A stretch of DNA of 56,737 nucleotides, the filler included, from Thelocarpon superellum (taxonomy: Eukaryota), in assembly GCA_026025795.1 (NCBI GenBank). It is 4 parts of 4 records of this genome, joined end to end, with 100 filler letters (N's around TTAATTAATTAA, not from the genome) between each part and the next. Parts side by side here need not be neighbours in the genome. Positions count along the whole stretch, not along the records: positions 42,688 to 56,737 come from JAPEUG010000441.1; 3 more parts are not named here. One strand, written 5' to 3'. The position numbers and the translations under genes are program-made. Below, in pieces: positions 50,533 through 56,737 of this stretch (positions are counted from its first letter, which is position 1; each line of letters opens with the position of its first letter). A model generated the notes under the pieces. It had not been told where the DNA came from and searched no databases. It saw only the letters and a program-made list of their open reading frames with translations.

Positions 50533-52732
50533 CTAAAGCTCCCGATAGTCGCTCGGTCGCATGCGTCGCTGCCGCGCTTGATGTCGATGGGGATTGACGG
50601 GCTGGCGGAAGTAGGCTGTATCTTCTTCAGGCTGGTGTGGTTCGTTGAAGTGGTTTGGCTGCTGGTTGGGAAAGGAGCCGCTGGGCATTCTGCCGGGTTG
50701 CATCCCTTGTTGCATCGCCGGCTGCATCCTCTGTTGCATCGCCGGCTGCATGCCTTGTTGCATCGCCGGCTGCATGCCTTGTTGCATGCCATTCATGAAG
50801 GTCGTTACGTTCCCTCCCATGTTGCCTCCTCCATTGCCCATGATCATCTGTGATCCGGCACCGTATCCTCCGTTGCCCATCATCCCTGCGCCAAACTGTC
50901 CGCCCGGTAGACCATTCGGCTGTGCTGGGGGGACGAAGCCGTTCATAAAACCGTTGGGGTTACCATTGGTGCCAAAGCCGTTTATCATCATCGGATTCAT
51001 CGCCGGCCCGTTGGCGCCCATCATCATGTTCATGTCCATGCCCATCGGCATCGCCATGAATCCGTTGTTGGGGAATCCCATGTTGCCAAATGGCTGGGAG
51101 GGATCGAAAGGCATTCCAGGGAAGCCAGGCATCTGTCCGAGGTTGGGTATGTTGGGCATGTTGGGAAGACCCATGCCAAGTCCTCCGGCACTCGTGGCGG
51201 GCGTGTTTGTTGCCAGGATCCCGGTCGTAGCGGGTGCTCTGGATGATCGCTGTCCATCGAGGGCCTCGTCCGCGGCGCGTTTCTTGGGATTTGGTCCTCC
51301 AGTGGAGGTGGGGGTGGCCGTCGAGGACCGAATCGCCGCAGGGGCGGCTGAGGGTGATCCCACGGCCTGTGAGGGTGGCTTTGACGCGTCGGCCTCGTCC
51401 TTGGCACGTTTGTCGCTCTCCTGCTCCTCGATGTACGATTTGACCTTGTTGACCATCTCCTCGTCTGGCACCAGATTATCAATCAAGATCCCCTCCGTCT
51501 GACACCCGGGGCACGTGAGGTCACTTTCAATCAGCGCGTTTGTGATGCAATCATTACAGTAAGTCCGACCACAACACGGTGTCTTGCTCGGCTCGACGAA
51601 GAGCTTCTTGTCGATGGGACACTCGAGGCCGCGTTCGCGCACCTCTTTCCCGCCCGTGTTGGCCGCTTCCTGCGCGGCAGCCGAGACCTTGGTCTTGGCC
51701 TGATACTGGTCCCAGGAGGCTTGGTCGGGTTCCGCCACGACGAATTCTCCTTCGGCATTGACCATCACGCCTGAAGGTTGATGGCTGGTGTCGGTCAATC
51801 CGTCGTTGTTGAGGGCCGCCGGCTTTTCAATGGTTTTGAGAAAAGATCGTGGGATGCCCGTCGTTCGTTTGACCCGCGGTCGATTGTCAAATTCGGGATT
51901 ATCGTTGGTGGGGCATTCCTGGATCCAATGGCCTATCATCTTTAGCTCGTGCTTGTCATGATAGCAATGTCACCTACGTACCTTTTTCGCCACAGCGATA
52001 GCAGATGTAGCCCGTAGGCGGAGGGTGTGATGGCGCATTCCCCACACCCGGTTTATTCTTTGGTGGTCCTGAGCGGAAGACGGGCGTGGCACTGTATCAC
52101 GCATATCGTATTAGCCCTGCTGATCTTGCTCTATGAAAATTGCTACAGGTGACTCAAACATTCTCCGATGACGAATGGAACGGGTTAGAACATACTTGGC
52201 CATCTCTTGTTGTTGCTTGTCCCACTGCTCTGCTCCGGCCTGAAACATTGCCGCGATTCGATCCTCCTCCGACTGCGCTCCTTTGGTCTCGGACCCGGTG
52301 GCGGTGGAGCCCGTTGTCCGGCCTGGAATGGCCGGTTTTGAGCCTTGCTTCTCTACGCGCGAGGAATTGAGAGCTGTGACGGGCATCTTTCCCGAGACAT
52401 AGCGTGCCGCACTTCCACGGCCGGGTCGGGCGGGCGGCAGTCGCCGTGCGATGATGGATGTTGACCGTGGGATAATGGAGGTATCGTCATCAAATTCTGT
52501 TGGCGCATTAGTCCTCCCCTGATATCGTTCTTTGGGTCACTCTCGGGAGGGACGACATACCCTCATTCGTATCCTCGTTGTAGATGGCCAGGTCAAAGTC
52601 GCTGCCATCGCCGAGTTTGTTGATCTCGATGATGGCCCGCTTTAACTCGAAGACGGAGATGCCGGTGCCATCAAAGGTCACTCGCGACGGCTCCTTCTGC
52701 GATTTGAACTTGAAGAAGACGGAAGACGCCAT
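50533..52732 (-). CDS. MPE1: Mpe1/RBBP6 cleavage and polyadenylation factor (DWNN ubiquitin-like + zinc knuckle + RING-like), 4 exons
   Basis: MASSVFFKFKSQKEPSRVTFDGTGISVFELKR, IPRSTSIIARRLP, GYICYRCGEK|GHWIQECPTN, RVKRTTGIPRSFL, CPID..TPCC..YCNDC..CPGC. Confidence 0.94.
50695..50787 (-). repeat. 24-bp coding tandem repeat, MQQ(G/R)MQP(A/G) x4, in the MPE1 tail
   Basis: MQQGMQPA MQQGMQPA MQQRMQPA MQQGMQPG in the translation. Confidence 0.9.
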
Positions 52733-53665
52733 GAGGGGCGCTGTTCGACTCGTTCTCTCGTCCTCGCCCGTGTCCACGTCGCGCAGAGGGTGGCGTAGGG
52801 TCTCGTTGGGGTGGGGCGGACGACGCCCTCACACGACCGAAGTTGAGATCCTGCGAGATGTGTATAGGCGCAAGCTAGATAGCGACCTCAGAGATGAAGG
52901 GACGACTAGCGAAAGGTAGAGGGTTCTGCGGTAGGGGAGGTCTCGGTCTCTTGTCAAGATGACTATTCCTGAGTATCTGGATTATGGACTCGACTCTTTT
53001 TGATTCAGAAGCATTTGAAAACAGCGATATCACGTCGCGAGCCAGCAGACCGCGCACAACGTAACTTTGATGTACACTTGAACAAGCAGGGATCAATCGA
53101 GCGGTCAAGAGGATCGTGGAGGATCAGTCCCAGCAAGAGCGAAGCCGTAACACCTCAGCCTGAACTCCTCCCACGAGACAGCGTGAACAAGGATCAAGTC
53201 CGTTGTTTTCGTCACCTCAGGTTGTATCGGTTATTGTATCACCGAGGAGGCTTACTGCCGTCGACTGCCAACCGTGCGGTCCCAGCGTGATGGAGCTGAG
53301 TAGACGGACGTCGAGCAGTCTGCCAGCTAGGTCAGTCGTGAGTGTTGGATGTCGATGGATCGATCTGATCACGTCAGGATGTGATGACCGATGTTCGCCC
53401 GAGATGGGCGTGGACCGCGTGACAGGTTGATGCGAAGAGAAGAGGTGATGGGGACACTGGAAGGAAGAGGCGATCGAGTTGAAAAGGCCGCCGTTCGCCA
53501 CGCGGCGTGATTTCCGCTTAGGTAAGCGAGCATCTATTACTCAGCAGACGCGACAACTGATGTACGGCGCTCGAGGAAACTTATGGCCGCGGGAGGTAAT
53601 TCGGAACCCATCTATACGGCAACTCTACGACACCCTCTATCGTTTCGCTTGATCGCATCTGATGT

Positions 53666-55379
53666 TCAGATGGCATCCTCATACTGCCGGACGACTAGCC
53701 CTTCTTGGGATAAGAAATCTTTGACCTGTCGAACAGTGTAGTCGCCTCGGTGAAACTAGGTGAGCGGTCAGCCCATGATATCTCGAAGGACGAAGCTGGC
53801 AGGGGCGTACCATGCCCGCACCCAAGGCGGCGTCTGTGGTGGTCTGCTCGAAAACCTCCTTGAAATGCGATGGCTGTCCGGCTCCGCTCGACGCGATGAC
53901 GGGGATCTTGATTGCTTCCTTTACCGATCGGATCAACTCGAGGTCGAATCCGCTGTTGGAGCCGTCCTTGTCGATGCAGTTGAGGAGAATCTCCCCCGCC
54001 CCCATCGCCTCTACGGCGGTCACGAGTTGTTGCACATCGAGATCCCGGGCTTCTCGTCCACCTTTGATGGTGCACTGGTACCAGCAATGGCCTTCGCCGT
54101 GGGGTCCGGGTAATGCGGTCGTGACTGTCTGGTGTGATGTGACGTGTGGATGGGTGACGTAGACACGTCGTGGATCCACACTGACGACGACCGCTTGATT
54201 GCCGTACGCACGTGAGATGGTCTCGATGGCCGTCTGGCCGGAGAGCAGGGAGCCGGCCGCATAGTACTCCTCAGCTGCGGTGACCGCGTCAGACCCGATG
54301 CTGACCTTGTCGGCCCCCGACTGAAAGTACAGCCGCGCCACGTCGAGCGCTGGCACCGTGCGGCCGTCTGTGTCCACGGTGTCACGGATGCCCCCGCCGA
54401 TAGTCAATGGCACAAAGACTGTCTCGGACGTTTGCCGGAGGATCTCCAGCATTGGCAGGTCCACCAAGGGGCAGTTTCGAAATGAGGTAATGTTGAGGAA
54501 GGTGACCTCATCCGCACCTTGTTCGTAGTACCGCCGCGCCATGTCAACCGGCTTGCCCAGATTGCGGACTTGTCGACTGGGATCGACGCCATCCTTCTCA
54601 CGAACATCATATTGATCCCCCTTAGTCACCACCAAGTCTCCTGCATCATTTGTGCGCACGTCTAGGCATGCAATGACTCGTCTCGTCAGACCTCCTTGCT
54701 CGGTTGCGGGTGAGACAGTGCGGTCGAGGGGCGCAAGGTCCTTGCCAGATAGAAAGGCCTTGAGTACTCTCAAGCCCGCGGCTCCGCTCTTCTCCGGATG
54801 AAATTGGGTCGCCAGCAAGCTGCCTCTGGCCACGGCACCAACAAAAGTCTCCGTCCCATATCGTCCCGAGGCAATGACCCATCCCTCCTTCTCGAGCACC
54901 CCGGGGACATAGGGGACACCGTAAGAGTGAACGTAGTAGTATTTGCTGGTCGGGCAAAGACCATACGCCGATTGCTTCGTGGATCCCAGTGTCGTCGCCG
55001 GGTGGGCGGAATTCCAGCCAATGTGTGGCACGCTTTTGGTTGCATCATCGAAGCGTTTCAACCGCCCTGCAATCAGCCCCAACCCTGGGATGGCAGAGTC
55101 TTCGTCAGATCCGTCGAAGAGCGCTTGCAGGCCGACGCAGATGCCCATGAATGGTTTGCCAGCATCGATATGGGCCCGCACCGGCGCCAGATAGCCACCT
55201 TGGTCAAGTTGTGTCATGCAATGGCCGAAATGGCCGACGCCGGGAAGGATCAACCGGTCTGCATGGGCAATTTCCTGTGGGTCTTTGATCCAGGCGACGA
55301 CGTACCCAAGTTTCTCGATGGCATTGACGAGAGAGCGTATGTTGCCACCAACCTGACCGAGAAGATGCACCGTCGACAT
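53666..55379 (-). CDS. HIS7: Bifunctional imidazole glycerol phosphate synthase HisHF, 2 exons
   Basis: [69 protein letters not shown]; last exon [12 protein letters not shown]...YEDAI* after an intron at GAGM. Confidence 0.97.
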
Positions 55380-55461
55380 GGCCGTGGTCTGAATCACCTT
55401 TCGTCGGCCATCACGGCCGTTCCATTGCATTCATCCTGTGGACCAACTGCCTCAGCACAAA

Positions 55462-55468
55462 TGAGTCA
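55462..55468. promoter_or_regulatory. Putative Gcn4/CpcA response element TGAGTCA upstream of HIS7
   Basis: Exact TGA(C/G)TCA in ATGAGTCAC, about 83 bp upstream of the HIS7 ATG. Confidence 0.6.
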
Positions 55469-56458
55469 CATTAAGATGTGCGACGAAGGAGAGGATACTT
55501 TTTCCGGTCTTTCCCTAAGATTTGGTTCCTGGATCCGCCCCGAGCTAATGGTGGGGCCGAATGGTGCACGGAATGGTGTACGAGTACGAGTATGTTACTT
55601 TGTGCGAAGCATGAATAGCTGCGAGCTTAAGCGGCATTCCCGAAGGCCGTTCAACTTCAAGGCGACTCAGGAAGGACAAGAAATGACGATGAGCCCCCTT
55701 CCGGATGTTCTGTATACATCCGTACATTGCGGATGCAGACATGGGATAGAATCACCAATATCACCCGCACCGGTGAAAGCGTCAAGCACTTGCGTCCTAT
55801 TGGAGATCCCGTTGCCTGAGTGTTTCCCTGCTGGTAGATACTCTGCATCGCTTCATGCTCAGCAGCGTCCTTCGTACTTATATTGCTCCAACACAACCTG
55901 CACCAGGATGTGAGCGCTCCTGGTGCAGGCAACATCAGCATTCGAACATACTCAAAGTTTTGAGAACTCCGGTTCATCACGACCTCCCGGATTCGAATCT
56001 TCGATCCGCGGATGTAGAGTCTACATTTGATCCCTTGGACCAGAGCCCGGACATTCACTCGGTACTGACGCACCCCGGTTATTCCATTGGAGATGGGTGG
56101 TCTATTCTACAGAAGCTATCTGTTGTTCTAATATACAGCTATTGAGGGTCACGTGAGGCGGCTTACTCTGAAGCCTCGAGCTCCCGTATGGAGCCTCCAC
56201 AGTACAATGACAAACCCCGGTAAAGAATTCCAATAGGAGGCGCTAGGAGCTCACACACTAGGCGTCGCCGAAGCCTTTGGTCTGCTGGCATTGTGGCCTT
56301 GTTCTGCTTGTACGATTTGTGACTCCGATCGAAGGTCGTATCTTTGTAGATCAATAGCGTGCGCGTGCATTTGAGAAGGCGACCTCTTCATCAAACATCA
56401 TCGTTCTACCATTACGGTTTCCACAGGATATCATCCAACTCCACGAGATTTGAACCTT

Positions 56459-56737
56459 TCAGACTTGGCTCCCAAGGTCGATCAGACCGTCACGAGGCTA
56501 TGCTGGATGAGCGACGGTGGTAGGCAAGTTCAGGCGAGTCGACCTACAGGAGAGAACTGACGCAGCCGGACCCCGCCTTCTTTGAAGACTGCAGCGGTCT
56601 GTCGCTGATGAGTTTGTGCCACGACCGAGATCTCGACCAGGACGTACCTCGGTATCCATACTGTAGCTCTGGCTAAACACGACCTCGGAGATGCCCACTT
56701 GCGTAATCTTGATGCTGCATGTTAAGCAGGGACACCT
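56459..56737 (-). CDS. DCD1: dCMP deaminase, 3' exons (runs off the window)
   Basis: CPCLTCSIKITQVGISEVVFSQSYSMDTE|TAAVFKEGGVRLRQFSP|PRDGLIDLGSQV*; PCxxC zinc motif. Confidence 0.9.

Noticed and set aside
55985..56012. TTCGAAT tRNA T-loop-like sequence
   Set aside because: No T-stem, D-arm or acceptor stem around it.

Overview
GC-rich filamentous ascomycete (Pezizomycotina-type) genomic DNA with short GT-AG introns. It is not one continuous locus: four contigs are joined by three identical artificial 100-nt linkers (N44-TTAATTAATTAA-N44), so gene order across them is unreliable. It holds about 21 recognisable housekeeping genes: CCC2 Cu-ATPase, Rad1, GCN5, PSY4/PPP4R2, UPF0658 membrane protein, FAF1, HIS6, V-ATPase subunit f/RNase kappa, a SAM+SNF2 ATPase, GSH2 (cut), a 5xWSC copper radical oxidase, COG6, BolA, NIF3, a peroxiredoxin (cut), RSM18 (cut), a DUF3824-like protein, yippee, ODC antizyme, MPE1, HIS7 and DCD1 (cut), plus an alpha/beta-hydrolase pseudogene. 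The clearest non-standard element is the antizyme +1 programmed frameshift (CCC-UGA, whose ORF1 context is assembled by splicing) with 3' hairpins; this is a known mechanism. More speculative candidates are competing splice donors that toggle the C-terminus of the DUF3824-like protein, a 1-kb AUG-free leader with a possible non-AUG extension, dual in-frame AUGs in NIF3, and a small spliced orphan ORF abutting BolA. I found no convincing wholly new multi-gene system. All calls are by eye, without database searches.
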